Translations under genes and position numbers: made by a program | Notes under the pieces: model-generated | Seen by the model: the letters and a program-made list of their open reading frames with translations, nothing else | What the model was told of the DNA's origin: nothing | Database searches by the model: none | In this document: positions 33,954 to 48,500 of the stretch, in pieces | Numbering within the stretch: position 1 is the first letter of the stretch | Layout: every line of letters starts with the position of its first letter | Source: a virus | Taxonomy: Duplodnaviria > Caudoviricetes | Strand: one strand, 5' to 3' | DNA: 57,165 bases | Virus record (IMG/VR): IMGVR_UViG_3300032087_006388 | Location: 1 to 57,165 of that record

Positions 33954-36497
33954 ATGGCGAATAATAATTTAGTTTTTAAGACTGTTGACAACACTGATTT
34001 TGTGGCGATACCATTGGGAAAGCCAAAATACTTTAACGGGGATTCGTTTTTAATTTGGGTTAACTGGGGAGATGGATCGACCGCAGAAGTAATTGACAGC
34101 TATGATCACGATTCCGTGGCATGGGACAGGCAAAATGGCACATTGCCCGAAGGAGAATGTGTGACAATTTGGAAAAAGTACGAATTTCCTGGTCAATATT
34201 CTATTAGAATAGAAGGCGGGTTTGGTCAGGCAGCAGATGTAGTGCAAGATCCTTTCTTGTTAGCAAATGGAACTTTAAGTATATCAAAATTTAGAAAAGG
34301 TCACAATTTAGAATTATGCCTCGCCGACTCGAGGGAAAGAGGTCAATGTGCAACTCCAGAAGCATTCGAAGAATTAAGTATGGTTCGTACATTTATTCAT
34401 GGGCAAGGCGATTTTGAAGGCTTTAAATATTTAAAAAAATTAACTGGCCAGCAGGTGCTTAGGTTAACATCAAACTATGTAGATTCCAATTACGAAGACG
34501 GGTATATTCCTTACGAGAATGCAAGTATAGCTTATGATCCAGACGGAGTCTGTTTTTTTGTGAATACTTTTAAAAATTGCCAGAGTCTAGAGTCTTTTGA
34601 TAGCTCAATAAATTGGAATCCAGGAACAGAGTACACAATTAATCAAAAGGTATATTATAATGGAATAACTTGGAAGGCTGTGGCTGTAAATACAGGAGAA
34701 ACACCGTCCACTAGTAATGCAAATTGGACGAAAGATAATATTGCTGGTGGAGTAGGACCCTATACATACAGAGAACTATGGAGTCTTTTTAGGGGCCTAA
34801 ACTCTTTGGTTAGGCTGGATTCCTGCTTCGAGAACTGTCCATTAGATTACAATAATTGCATGTCATGGACTACCCAGACATCATTAGTAAGTGCTGACAG
34901 AACTTTCTCTTTTCTATATCCATTAGACGAAGCAACTGATGTTGTAAATACTGGAATTAAAAGTGAAACCAATAATGACGAAGATATATTTAATTGGCCA
35001 GTTTGGTTTCAGCCAAACAATATTATATCAGCAAAACAGATGCTTGCAGGAAGAATGATCGGAACCCCTTCAGTGAGAGAATTGACCATGCACAATAAAT
35101 TCATGAGGCATTTTGATAATTGCAAATATTTTGATGGAATTTTCGAAGGATGCTATGTTAATTCAATTTTGCAAAATATGTTCGGAAACACAAATGTAGC
35201 TAATACTTTTACTGGACAAAGAAAATCTAGTCTGAAAAATATGTTTAAAGATGCTACCATAAAATATTCTGACATGAGAAAATGGTCTGATACAGGAATA
35301 GGAAATATCGCCCCAACATCTCTTTCTGGATTTTTTGAAAATGTAAAAGTTTTGGCTGGGGGAAATGTACACATGTTCTTTCCTCATACCACAAGAACTT
35401 CATTAAAGTTTTGTCCTGATTTTTCTAGATATGCATATAATGCTGACCTAAACAATTTGGGATCTAGTTTAAATATAAAAATACCTAATAGAAATAATTT
35501 AGATGGATCCATTGATACTATAGACTTATCTTACGCGTTCGCCGAGACATCGGAAAAAATAAAAAGTCAATATTTGTTTTCCCTATGGAATGCTGGAACC
35601 GCGACGATAAAGGCAAAAATAGATGGAATATATATGGGCAATACAAGTGGAGTATATGACATGAATTGGGCCAAAGTGATTCCAGAGAGTTTTAATTATT
35701 TATTTGTTAATGCTATATCTCCACAAGCAGACACAGTTATAAATTTTAGATTTGCAGACACAAGTTTAATAGAAGAAGCTAACTATACATTCGCAGCAAC
35801 CAATATTAAAGTTAAAATTACAAATGCAAATATAACCCCCTATGTTAGCCAATTAACAAGCATTACATTACCTTCAGTAAAGAGTGCTAAATCTATGTTT
35901 GAGAATGCCGTTAATTTTAATGAAAGAATACTCAACATGTTCAGGAATGCGTCCGCATTGGAAGATGCATCAAGAATGTTTGCTGGATCCTGTGGAATAG
36001 AATCTGGGTTGATTAAATTCTGGGGTCCACAACTTAGAACATCATTAAAAAAATGCAGGGCGATGTTTCAAGGAAATACGACCATGGATTTCGCTCAAGT
36101 TGGAGAGTGGTTTTTGAGTACCACAGAAACTCCTACTACAAATGTATTAACAGACATTACTGAAATGTTTGCGGATTCAGGGCTGGATGACATAAGTCAT
36201 CAATATTACTTCAGAAGGTGGAATTTGGCTAATTTGTATCAACAATCTCTAAGAAGCTATAATGTTGTAAAAAATACTAGTTATACCACAATGTTTGGAG
36301 ATTTGTCCGATCAACCTGATTATGCATTAAATTACACAGGTATAACCACCCCATCGGTATTATGCCCAAATGCAATACTAAACCCAACAGATATTTACGA
36401 AAATTTAGATGTAAAAGTAAAAGATGAATTGAACTGTTCTGATCTGCACCCATACCAACCGTATGATACAGTTTTTGTTAATTATGCTACAATATAA
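33954..36497 (+). CDS. 847-aa adhesin-like protein (PKD-like, CBM5/12-like, BspA/DUF285-like repeats)
   Basis: VNWGDGS; WNPGTEYTINQKVYYNGITWKA; recurring SMF/RMF/AMF/EMF repeats. Confidence 0.7.
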   Translation: MANNNLVFKTVDNTDFVAIPLGKPKYFNGDSFLIWVNWGDGSTAEVIDSYDHDSVAWDRQNGTLPEGECVTIWKKYEFPGQYSIRIEGGFGQAADVVQDPFLLANGTLSISKFRKGHNLELCLADSRERGQCATPEAFEELSMVRTFIHGQGDFEGFKYLKKLTGQQVLRLTSNYVDSNYEDGYIPYENASIAYDPDGVCFFVNTFKNCQSLESFDSSINWNPGTEYTINQKVYYNGITWKAVAVNTGETPSTSNANWTKDNIAGGVGPYTYRELWSLFRGLNSLVRLDSCFENCPLDYNNCMSWTTQTSLVSADRTFSFLYPLDEATDVVNTGIKSETNNDEDIFNWPVWFQPNNIISAKQMLAGRMIGTPSVRELTMHNKFMRHFDNCKYFDGIFEGCYVNSILQNMFGNTNVANTFTGQRKSSLKNMFKDATIKYSDMRKWSDTGIGNIAPTSLSGFFENVKVLAGGNVHMFFPHTTRTSLKFCPDFSRYAYNADLNNLGSSLNIKIPNRNNLDGSIDTIDLSYAFAETSEKIKSQYLFSLWNAGTATIKAKIDGIYMGNTSGVYDMNWAKVIPESFNYLFVNAISPQADTVINFRFADTSLIEEANYTFAATNIKVKITNANITPYVSQLTSITLPSVKSAKSMFENAVNFNERILNMFRNASALEDASRMFAGSCGIESGLIKFWGPQLRTSLKKCRAMFQGNTTMDFAQVGEWFLSTTETPTTNVLTDITEMFADSGLDDISHQYYFRRWNLANLYQQSLRSYNVVKNTSYTTMFGDLSDQPDYALNYTGITTPSVLCPNAILNPTDIYENLDVKVKDELNCSDLHPYQPYDTVFVNYATI

Positions 36498-36509
36498 AAT
36501 ATTTTTAAT

Positions 36510-39500
36510 ATGAATCAAGAATTAAAATCCAATCAACTAATAAAACGACAGCAAGCATTGTTTGATCAAATTATTGCAAAATATGGAGATCAGTTTCATT
36601 CTATATGTTTAGATAAAGCTCAAAAAGGAAGCAGTATAGAAAATTGTGTGGTTTTTGGCTTGCCCAAGAAAAAGCCATTGTCGGAACTTAAAGATTCAGA
36701 AGTTTTACCTACGGAAATAGATGTTCCAGGAATTGGAGTAATGAAGGTGGATGTCCAAGAAACCAGAATAGCTACACTAGATGGAAATTTTATAGATGGA
36801 TATTTAAATCAAGAGATCAATAGTTCGATAGATCAAGCCCAAGAGCAAGCAAGTTTATCAAAAAATTATCCACATTATCTATTGGATGGATTTCTTGATC
36901 CATCATCAGGGGTTAATTATGAAGCATCAATAGAGACAATGGGGCATTCTGAAGAAAGTCCCACCCCAATTGAAAACTGGAAATATGCTGAAGTAAACCA
37001 AACAGACGATGGGTCTTTATTATGGACTCAAATTTATACAAGATGTGCATCTGAAAGCTCAAGAGATCTCTCTCCCCAAAATCAAAAAAATGATTTTATA
37101 AAAAGCGGTATAGTGATTAGCGCTGAAGGCATGGGAGGGGCCATAGGAACCCTTGGTGCATTAGTTGTTGATAAAGATGATAATTCTTTATGTGCATTAA
37201 CTAATGGACATGTCGTTTCAAAAAATTTATTTGTAACCAAAAAAAGAGTTGGAGAATACTCAGAAAATATATTGGGCAAAAAAGTTTATCACGGAGACCT
37301 AGTTCAGCAAAATCGAGATGCATGGACCGAGGACGACCAGATTGGAATCATAAAAAAATCAGTGCCCCTAGGTATTGTTGGGACAGATACTAGCGCAGAT
37401 CTTTTTACAGCGGAAGATGTTTCATGTGACGCCGCATTGATTGCAATAAAAGCATCAAAGGTAAATGTTGATTCATGGAAGCTTGCGGGAGATGATGCGA
37501 ATGCATTAATGAACCAAGCTGCAAAATTTATGGATGCAGAAGATTTTTCATTTTTCCTCGAAGATAGCATGGCATATAACTACATCTCAGACATTGGGGG
37601 AGGAAAAAAAGATGAGCCTCTAATGGTTTTCTCTGGAAGAAGTTCTGGGTTTCATAATAGTCACGAAAACAACAACAGAATTAGGAGTCTTGGGCCTGCA
37701 TATGGAGTTAAAGTTGGTTATTCACAAGGAGGGGTAACGAAATATTTATGGATAAGGGGAGCATTTGTTATTGCAGATCAAGATTGGGATTTTAGATATG
37801 CAGACCATGTTGATGGTGCTGAAGGGGATCCACAAATTTCTCAAGGTTCTTTATTTTGCCAGAATACAATAATGGCGGGAGATTCGGGATCTGTAATTTA
37901 TGCATATACAAATACATTTGCAAAAAATAGCGACGGCTCTCCTCACAAAATAGCTGTGCCTCAAAACGAAGCTGTATTAAATGAATTGAATCGAACTGCA
38001 GATGCAAATGGAAAATGGACAAAAACATTAACCGAGGTTATGGAAGATTTGGGAATAAACTCGGTAGTATCACACATTTATTATGATTTTGGACCACACA
38101 TTGCTCAAAAATTAGATACAAGCTTATTGTCCGAAGATAATGTTCTAAAAGCTTTGCAGGGTCAAACACTCGACCCAAATGGAGATAATGGAACCGAGAA
38201 ACGTTGGAGAATGGCTGGACAGGCTTTTGCAGCAGAGATTGTTACACAAGACATTATTAATGAGGAAGGCGAGTCCGAGACGATCCAATACTCTACAAGA
38301 GGATTTTGCCAACCAATGCACAGAATCGCCGATCTTTTAAATATTAAAGAATGGGACGGAGGTTTAGATAATATAAATTACAATATAAGAGAAGACAACT
38401 CTTATACAGAAAGTTTGGTTTTTTCAAAGGGGCAAAGTGATGTATACAATATATCTTTAAATGAGAAAAATTATTATCAAGCGGGAGGTATTACAAAAGC
38501 AGAAGGTAGGGAATACACTGCAGCTATAGAAGCAAAAACAAATTTAACAAAAAGCAATTATCCATTCGATGAAACCATGCCTCCATTGTCAGAATGGATG
38601 ACATTTGATAGTTTTGATATAGAAGTCGCAGAGGGGGGATCCGTTCAGTCTGGACTAAATAATCCCAGAAAGTACCCAATTTGGCTAAAATTAAATAATC
38701 TATCTATTGATTTATCAAAGCTGCCAGAAGAAGTTTTGAGAATGCCCACGGGGGCCATGCATATGGATGCCGTATTAATGGATGCAAATGCAGTATTCAA
38801 TGTAGAGGATTGGTACACCGATACAAAATTATCAGGAATGCCCGACCAGGGCCTATTTTATCATCAAGAAAATTCTACTACAAAAGCCTATGCTTCTTGG
38901 AGAATTTTTTCTCGTGCGGGAGAGATAGCATCCAAAGATACCGTAAAGAAAAGTTACCCTTTATACTTAAAAGAGTTTGATGGAAAAACTAAATTCAAAG
39001 GTTATCAAATAAAATTTCCATTAGGGGGCGGAATTGGATATGATTTCGACTTAGATCAAACTTCTCAAACTTATAGTTTTAACAAAGAGAAAACAGAACT
39101 TTCGGCATATTTTGAGTATTTACCATGGACTGTTTCTGGAAACTCTATTTCATTTAATGCTACACCTAACGACATTGAGTCTTGGCTAGGAACCAAGAGT
39201 CTGAAATTAGTTTTTGTCTTGTGGAAAAACGATACATTTGATGTGGGAAATTCTACAAGAATAGGAAGAAGTGTAAATTTCAGCAGACAAACCCAATCAT
39301 ACCTGATACAAACTACAGCAATTGCTGATGATATAACTTCGGCAGATGTGGTATCTTATACTCCTGGAATACAAGAATCAGATGACAAATTAAGCAGGTA
39401 TGAATCCTTAGATCAAGCCCAAAGAAAGTTAAGAATTTTATTCGATTCAGATCATTTAGGTGGCCCAAATCCGCATAAAGGAATTAAAGACTCAAACGGT

Positions 39501-42500
39501 TTGAGTGTTGGCAATAAATTTAAGTGTCAACAAATAAAATTAAGCCAAAGTGCCAGCAAGTATACATACAAATTTGAGACAACTGCAATAGCGACAAAAG
39601 GCTTTCAGGAGTTAATGCCTGGAGCTGTATTAACAATAGATTGGAGTGATGCTCCAGATCATCCAGTTGGAATCAGTACAACTCCTGATGGAACGCACGG
39701 AGGCGGAGATTTATATAGCGAAGTAGAAATAGATTTGGCAACAAAAACTACAAAATGTTATTTTAAGATGGCTGATACTTTGGGCGGAGAATACTATGTT
39801 CCAGATTCAGCAGCTCCTGGGCTTAAGGAATTTAGGACGACAACAAAGCTAGATTTTTATGTATATTGCACAAGTCATTCAGGAATGGGTTTTCCATTAC
39901 AATTTATAGATATTCGAGATGACCACAAAGAGCTATATATAAACTCTTGGCTACCTAAGAAAATATTCTTGCCAATTAATCATGTGGGCCCAGGCGGAGC
40001 AACAATATTATGGAATTCATTAGATAGAACTAGTGATGTTTTACCTGTTGTGAATTTAGAGGGCAACACAAAATTTAGTGCAAGACAAATGTATTGGACT
40101 GCAACAGAACTTACTGGAGCCTCAACATACAATGGATGGAGGCATCCATATAATCCATGGAGAGATGATTGGACCCTGGAATCTAGCGATGCCAATTTAG
40201 CAAAATGCCTTAATTACGGAGACTGTGAAGATTTACAACAAGCACAAAGAACTACTTATGTAGATGAGGCAGAGATTGGAACTGATGATGCATACAGCAA
40301 TCAAGAAAAGTTTAATTTGCACGGTCAAGGCTGGGAGATGAATGATAAAGTCAATGATTTGACTTATTCTTTAGACAATCAATGGATTATACTTGAAGAA
40401 AATCAAGTTCAAAGAGGTGATGTTTTTGAGGTTGTTGTACTTGGAGATGTCAGAAGTTTTGGATTGCATGAAGATTGGTTCAATGAAAATAATGAATTAA
40501 AATCTTTTTCTAGAAATAAAGATAAATGGGCGAAAAAATATTTAGCCGCATATAAAAGCTCATTTTCTTTTGGAATCAAAAACATTTCCTATCCATCATG
40601 GATTGACTGTAAATGGTATCATACTTTTGACGGATCTTCGCTTGATACAATATCTGGTCTCAATAAGCCGATTAGTAATCCAAGCGTAATGGTTAATACA
40701 TTTTCAAATTTAGTTAATGTTCTAGACCATACAAGTTTCAATCTTGCATTTAGTGATTTTTCCAATGCTCAAATTATGGAACAAATTTTTGCAAACTCAA
40801 GAATAAGCTCAGATTTGCAAAAAATTGTTTTTGATAGTAATTATCAAATCACAAATGGTATAGCAGAAAATTTGGCAGAATTAGCTGAGAGGTCTGGATG
40901 TCAATTGGAAATAAAACAAGCAAATTTAGCTAAATATAATGCTAGATTTAATGAATTTGCAATAGTAGAAAGAGCACTAGATCCTGCAGATACAACAGTT
41001 GTTTTCGCGGAAAGTTTAGTTGATTTTGCGGTGGGAGTAGAAATTAAATTTTTAAGAGACAGAACCTTTGGAAACGGTGATACAATAACAGCGGGAACAG
41101 TTATAGAAATATCTGGATACACCGAAGGAAATCTTAACTTTCAGATAAATTATCTAGATGTTATTAGAGATATCTCTACTTCTGAGTTAGATGATTTATA
41201 TGAGTTTGTGAACGGAGATAAGCCTGTATTATATTTTAATGGAGGCAGTCTGCCATCTGTGGATTTACAACAAAGGCTTCTAGCCGCTGGAGTCGTGGCT
41301 CATATTGGAAGGTCTAGTTCTTTGGGTAAGATAAAAGATCTTACGAAATATTTTGCAGGTAAAAGTGTAAACGGTCAAGATTTAAATTATTTAATAGGAT
41401 TAATTAATCAGAGAGGAATAGATCCGAACGCTAATTTCACAAAATTTTGTTATAATGCAAATATATCTAATGCAGATTTCTCAAGTATAACATTAGAATC
41501 TCCTGATTTTACAAAAATGTTTCAAGGAAGTATTATTTCTGGTTTGAAGTTACCTACAGTACTTAACGGAGCGTATTCTGTAAAAGATATGTTTGAGTCT
41601 TCAACTATAACAGGAACTTTAGATTTGGATGCCATTGTTGATGTAGGAACTGAAAGTGTAGAGAGTTGTTTTTACAATACAACAACATCTACTTCAATTG
41701 ATATAACATCTTGGAAATTCAGCGAAATTAAATTGTTTGAATACATGGATGAGTTCATTTTAAATTCTTATCTACACGACTTTAAAGTATCACAAACTTC
41801 CCAATCCATTATTTTAAATTCTGCTGATTTTTGGTTTAGAAGTTTAAACATAACAGACGTAAGAAAAGTTGGGCGATCCGAATACAGAACTTACGAAGAT
41901 ACATCAAACGGGGTTTATATTCCTTATGAAGATGATACTGAATGGAATAATTTCAATAGAATTGGAGTAGAACCAGGAGAAGAAGACTTTTCGGATCCAG
42001 ACTGGACATGGAAGCCAGTAGGAAAAATTAAAAATAGTTGGTTTGAGATGGATCATTCTCCAGATTATTCCACATGGTCATGGAGGAATGATGGAGGCCA
42101 AGATCTTTATGACGGCGACGGCCAATGGTATAATGGAAAATTTTTAACGAATTTAACCTTTGACGATGTAACTACAGATTATGATAGTGCAATCAGAGGC
42201 TTTGGCAGATTTGACTTTGAGGTAGATGAGGTTGAATGGAATCATCTTAATGGATCACCCACAAATACGTTTGCTACTAGATCTGCCCATCTACGTTTAA
42301 ATTGGGAAACTAATAATTTTGAAATAGTTAATGGATACAGAGATATATTGACTATAATTTCTGATGCAGGAAATTACACAGGAGGAATTAATGGGAATTT
42401 TTCGGCAACTCCTGATTTATTTCCAAGCGGAAAAGGTGTTCAAAAGTATATCACACAAACAAACGGGCTAGAAGTTTTTACATCTCATATAAAACTGGAA

Positions 42501-45500
42501 CTCACCTTGGATGTTTATAGATTGCACTTTTTTGTTCATTTAGGAAAATATTATAATAGTGAATCAAAATTATTTAGTTATGATAAATATAAAGGAGTGA
42601 ATGGAAAATTCCCCATGGTTCATTTTTACTTTGAAAAACAAGTAAACGATTTTACCGAATCCGAGAAATCAGAAATATATAATTATATAGAAACATTAAA
42701 TATAAAAGATTATGCAGTTTCTCCAACAAATCCACGTTATAATATTACTAACAAGAAATATGCGAATGAATCTCCATTTTTATTTGGACCAAAAATCGCA
42801 GATAAATATCTCACAATTTCAGAGCAATATTCAAATACAGGAGGAACTGGAACCCCAGCAAGATTCTACAGTAAAAATGTAAGCTTTGGGGAAGGTGGTA
42901 GTGGAGATGTTGAAGTGTTAGATGTTAGGGCTAAATTTTACCCTTATAATTTATTGTCAGAAAATAAATTGACTGAAAATAATGAGCTTCACATCCCCGT
43001 TCCATTTGTTGAGTATAACAGCTGGAATCATGGAACGCAAAATTCATATGCTTATCCATTGATGCTTAGATGGGGTGGTGTAGAAGAAGATGTTCATCTA
43101 AGATTTCTAGGAAGTTACATCCAGTCAATGGGGAATCATCCAATGTACGACCTTTCGATTAGAAATAAAAATGTAAAGTCCGAGCCTGCTCAAATATATG
43201 TTATCGCTGATGGTACCGAAGTTCTTGGTGAAACATATTATATTACAAATGGATCATCAGTTCAAGCTATAGAATTAGAAGAGCAAAATATTTTAATATT
43301 AGTATTGGGTATTGAAATATTAGATGTAAATAGTATAGAGTCGAACCAAATCACACAAAGATTAGAGGCGTGGGTTGATAGTATGATCACAATCAATCAG
43401 CCTTATCCAGATATGGACCCAAGTTATTATGTGATTGATTATTCAGGGCTAGAGACTGCTCTACAAGACGCTGTAAGTTCAACAAATAACTTTGAAGTTT
43501 TTATTCCTGGATGGACTGTAGATCCTCAACAAGTATTTTTAACTCTTTTTTATCCAAGATGGAATACTGATTTTAATAAAGGCACAAGTGCATTAAGCAG
43601 CTTGAGTTTGTATAAAGACGCGGATCGAACCATTCCAGCAAATAGCGACGGTGGTTATGTATACGCAGGAAACGGCCAACATTTGCTTAATTTGTATTAC
43701 AAATGGTCTTATTCTTACGACACTCAAGATTTCTTGAGACCTGGGTCATTGATAGTGCTAGACCCTTCAGAAACTGATATTACATATACAACAAACACTA
43801 CAAATAATTCTACCACAACTATTACTCCAAGCAATATATGCATGGTTGTTAAAGTGGATAAAAATAATATTTATTTTGTAAAAACTGGAGATACAGTAAA
43901 TGTAAGCAATGATTCTATCAATTATGGCGTGCATGATAACAACGATTTTTCTGGATTTGCCTTCAGGGCTCCAAATATAGGAATGTCTCCTACTGTCGAT
44001 TTGATAGTTACTGGTGGAACAACAGAAGAGCCAACATATGCAAAGCATTCAGAATACCCTTCATTGTCAAAGTCGCTGAGAAACACGACTTTCCACAAAA
44101 TAACTCCTAGGATAATGCATACAGACCAATCATGGACTTCTGTAACAAACAATGACTGGGAAGAAAACAAAGTATACTTTACAGCCCAGAAGACTAATGG
44201 AGAAACTTTAGATGGAACAATAATATTGCATCCAATAAGAGAAGGAGAAGATGAGGGCAAGCTTATCGATCAATATCCAATTGGAGAAACTGAAAAATTG
44301 TTTGGTGTAAAGGGAACATATGCAATTTATATTGACAGCAATGATTTTCAAGATACCAATTTTTATAAAGCAGAATTGGAATCTGAATATGAATCAGTAT
44401 TGGATATTCCAACAATTGATTCGAGCAAATACGATGAATATCCTGTCCCAAAATCAAACTTGGGGCATTACAAAGGAGCTGTAGGAAGCAAATGGGTTAT
44501 CTTGAATTACGATCCATTAGAAGATGGTTTTACAAAAATTCGAGGAAAATATACCAACGGAAACAATGAGGTTTTAAGCACCGCTCCTTTTCAAAAATTC
44601 AATCATATAATAGGATTAGTCCCTAATGGAGAGTATAATAATCCATATGATCCAGGCAAAGACTCTCTTAGAGATAGTCTCGATAGTGACTTCGATGGAT
44701 ATCCAGACATAATTGACCCAGCACCTTTTGATCAAAGTATACCAGGAAATACAATTATTACTGTAGAGTATCACGATGCAACTGAGTACCAAAATGCATA
44801 TGCTAGCTTTGGTCTTGGGTCGCATAAAGGAGATTTTGGATCGTCAGGTAGACTGAGTTCAGATGTGCAAACAATAAATATGTTCAATGACGACCCTTCC
44901 AATATTACACAATTGTATAATTGGAACGCGGGTGCAAATCAAGTCACAATAGCATTGGTTGCGGGCGATGTTGAAATTGAAGATGATTGGCAAAATCATG
45001 ATTTGCCAGTTACATACCCTTGGACCTCGCCAACTTATACTCAAACCCATGATGGATTTGGTATACCAGATGGAGTTTTAATTAATTGGGGGGATGGGCA
45101 GGTAACATCCGCTCATGTAAACAATGCAGATTCCTATGTAGAAGAGACTAAAGAATTACTGGGGTATTCTCAGAATTTTTATTCAGGAAGTGTGCCTCAA
45201 GATCAATGGAAAAACCTTGAGCCAGGAACATATCGAATATATTTCTTTAAACACACATATCTAGATGCGGGCGACAAGACTGTGAATATAACAGGTCCCT
45301 TAAAGCATTTTACAATAATGGCTGATGATATCGGACAAATGGGTGTGGACGAGAGAGATAGGTCCAGAAATCTAGGACTTGTTTCGAAAAGCTTGCTGAG
45401 TAACAGCGAATATTTAAATTGGACAGAATCTAATTTTAGAATAAAAGGGTTTAGTGTCGTTGGTGGAGCAGATACATTCACTTTAGGATCTCCTTTCTAT

Positions 45501-48500
45501 TCTCTATTTCCAAGAGATTTCTTTGATGATGATAGGGATGAAGTTATCGAAGCGCATATTGATGGGATTTCATGGATAAAAGAACCTATTTTATACCAAC
45601 ACGCGAGACCAAGTGCATGGACACTTCCTTCGGATATAACTTTTAGATCTTATGTGTGGGAAACGAATTGGGGCGAAAATAGTCAAGAGGGTGTTTCTAA
45701 TGATTATATAGATCAAACATGGCATGCTAATAATTATAAATTTTCATCATATTTCATAAATGACCTGGGAGTACCTGCAGGGCTAAATAACAATCAATGG
45801 ACACAAGGATTTTATGAGGGAGAATTTTTCTGGAGCTCATTTTCCAGCCCCATCACTCCTTTGGGTATAATGACATCTTTGTTAAGTACTTATCCTTACG
45901 GATCGGAATCTGATAGGTATTCCAATAGCGATTTGCAGTCAATATGGGTAAAGAATCCAAACCATCTACCACAAAGCGACTTTTTTGATTGGGATGAAAC
46001 TAGTCCTGTAGTTGCAGGAGATATGATTGGATGTTTGGGCCAGGAACTTAGCTTGACACCCCAAATATTGATTGATAATATTTCTGACAATAACGAAGAA
46101 TTTTTAGAAAAAATTAAAGATGCTGTGGGCAGTGGCAATACTCACAATTTAGAAACTGAGTTCGGATATCTTTATTATGAGATGCACATTGACAGAAACA
46201 ACAAAGCTCCAGATGGAATTATCAGAGATGATACTGGACAAATTGCAGACACAATGACAGCATATGGGGTCTATCAGTCCAGGGTCCACCAGCCACCTAC
46301 AGAAACAGATTTTATTGATTTCGATGGAACACAAACAGATGGCACATACCTAGCCTATGGAGATTGGCAATTTACTGGAAATATGCAATACGAATATGAC
46401 GTGAGAGGGTCCACCAAAACATTAAAATCTGCGGATCATAAAAATGATAGATTTAGGGTACTATGGTTGCCATCTATAGGAGACCAAGAAAAAATAACAG
46501 TTACATTAACTGGAGACGGAACCTCAACTGTAGCCACTCTTTTTATAGCAGCGGCTGCTAGTCAAGTCTATCAAAATAGTAATATTCAATCAACCGTTCC
46601 ATCTGAAATTAGCGGTCATAACCCTTTGTTTAATGTTCCTATAATATATTCTGAAATTATACTTCCTTCTGGTTGGACATGGGAATTGGAATTAAAGATA
46701 GATTTATACTTGAATGAAAAGCATATGTTCAAGACTAGAAAATTAATTAATGGAAATCATGTAGAAACCAAAACATGTCCATCTGAAACTTGGTTGGTGG
46801 TAGAAAGAAATGATACTGAAATTACAGTAGTTCCAAACAATCTAAAATCTATATTCAATAGAGAGCAAGATGAACTTTTAAATGATTCTTTACACCAAAG
46901 AGTAATGACTCAAATTGATGGAGCTAATTCTACTGGATTTATAGGAAAAGATTTATATTATGATGTATTACTAGACCATGAAAAAGCAAGCAATGCAGAT
47001 TACGGTCATGCTACTGACGGATCACTTGTTCTAAATCATGATATATCAAGCTTGCCTTTGGTTAAACTTTTGGGTTCTAATAATCATACTGATTTCAGGC
47101 AATGGAACAGAAATTCATCTAATCCAATATCGAGTTTTGTCTCATCGAATGACAGTCCAGTATTATTAAATAATGTTCATTATCTGGAAGCTACAGGAAC
47201 TGCATTAACGAATTCGTATGGTCAAACTAGAACTACGGTAACTAGAGATTCGGAACTTGCCGTATTGGCTTGGAATAAATTGAATGCTAATGGAAATGTT
47301 CCTAGCAGCATTAGCTATACCTTTGAAGACATTGGATATGCAAATAGCACAACATATCAAGCTGGAGAGCATCCATTAAATGAAAAATTTGAGGGTTTGA
47401 TCAGGAATGACCTTAATTTGGGAAAAAAGATTATAAAATACCATAATTATGGTAATCCTCACACGGGATTTGGTGTATTTTTTAATCACACAAGAAAAGA
47501 GATTGTTGATTGGAGCTGGGGAAGTTACTCGGCGCAAAATAAACATATAGATGGAACCACTGGTCATATTTCACCTTTGATGTTTTCTGATGTAGGAATG
47601 TTTGAACCTGTTTTAACAAGCTACCATACTGGAGGATTGAGAAATAGATTTGTGCCGAATTCCAGAGTTTACAATGAAATTCAAAACCCATTTTTTAATC
47701 CTTCAGCATTATTAAAAGAGCAAAATATTTTAAAAAGAGTTGAAATTGCCGTTCCTTCATTCTCATGGACAGATCCAGAAAGCGAGTGGGCCGAACCAAG
47801 CGCGTCTTTAAAATTTCTTGATGTTATTGATAGATATAAGGGCGGCGAAGAAGGGGTGATGAAATTACTTGAGGATTCTCAGTTAGCTGGCGTTTTTAAT
47901 GGTGACGGTCATTATGCTACGAGTCGTTTTGGAAGTACTCATCAATTTAGATTTAAGGATTTAATTAAAAGCGAATCCATCCAAAACAAACCTCAATTAA
48001 TTAAAATTACTACCATCCAAGAAGGTGGTAGTTATGGAAGATCTCAATTAGCTATGCCAGTTGGATTAATAGAAGGTGGAAGCAAGATTGTTTTAGGTTT
48101 AATTACACAAGACACAGGCAATAGCCTCTATTTTTACGATTCTGTTCAGGGCTCATACCATTTATACAACAGCTTAAACTCATTAACTCCGAAAGTATCT
48201 CATAGAAATTGGCTAGTTTATCATTCAATGTATTACAATAGAATCGAAGGAATTGCTGCATTCGCTGTATTTAATGTTTCTGACAGGGGGACCGTTTGGG
48301 ACGTTTATAAAGAAGATTTGTACGAATGGAATCTAAAATATACTAATTCTAAAAACCCACTCAAGTTAAAATTAAAATTTTCCGAAAGAGGGTCATTTTG
48401 GGAAAAAACGAAGCCAAAACATCATGATCCAGACATTGTAAACACAAATCAAACCAGAAAATATTTTGGATTAGATTGTTCTCAGCCGATGAAAGTTTTG

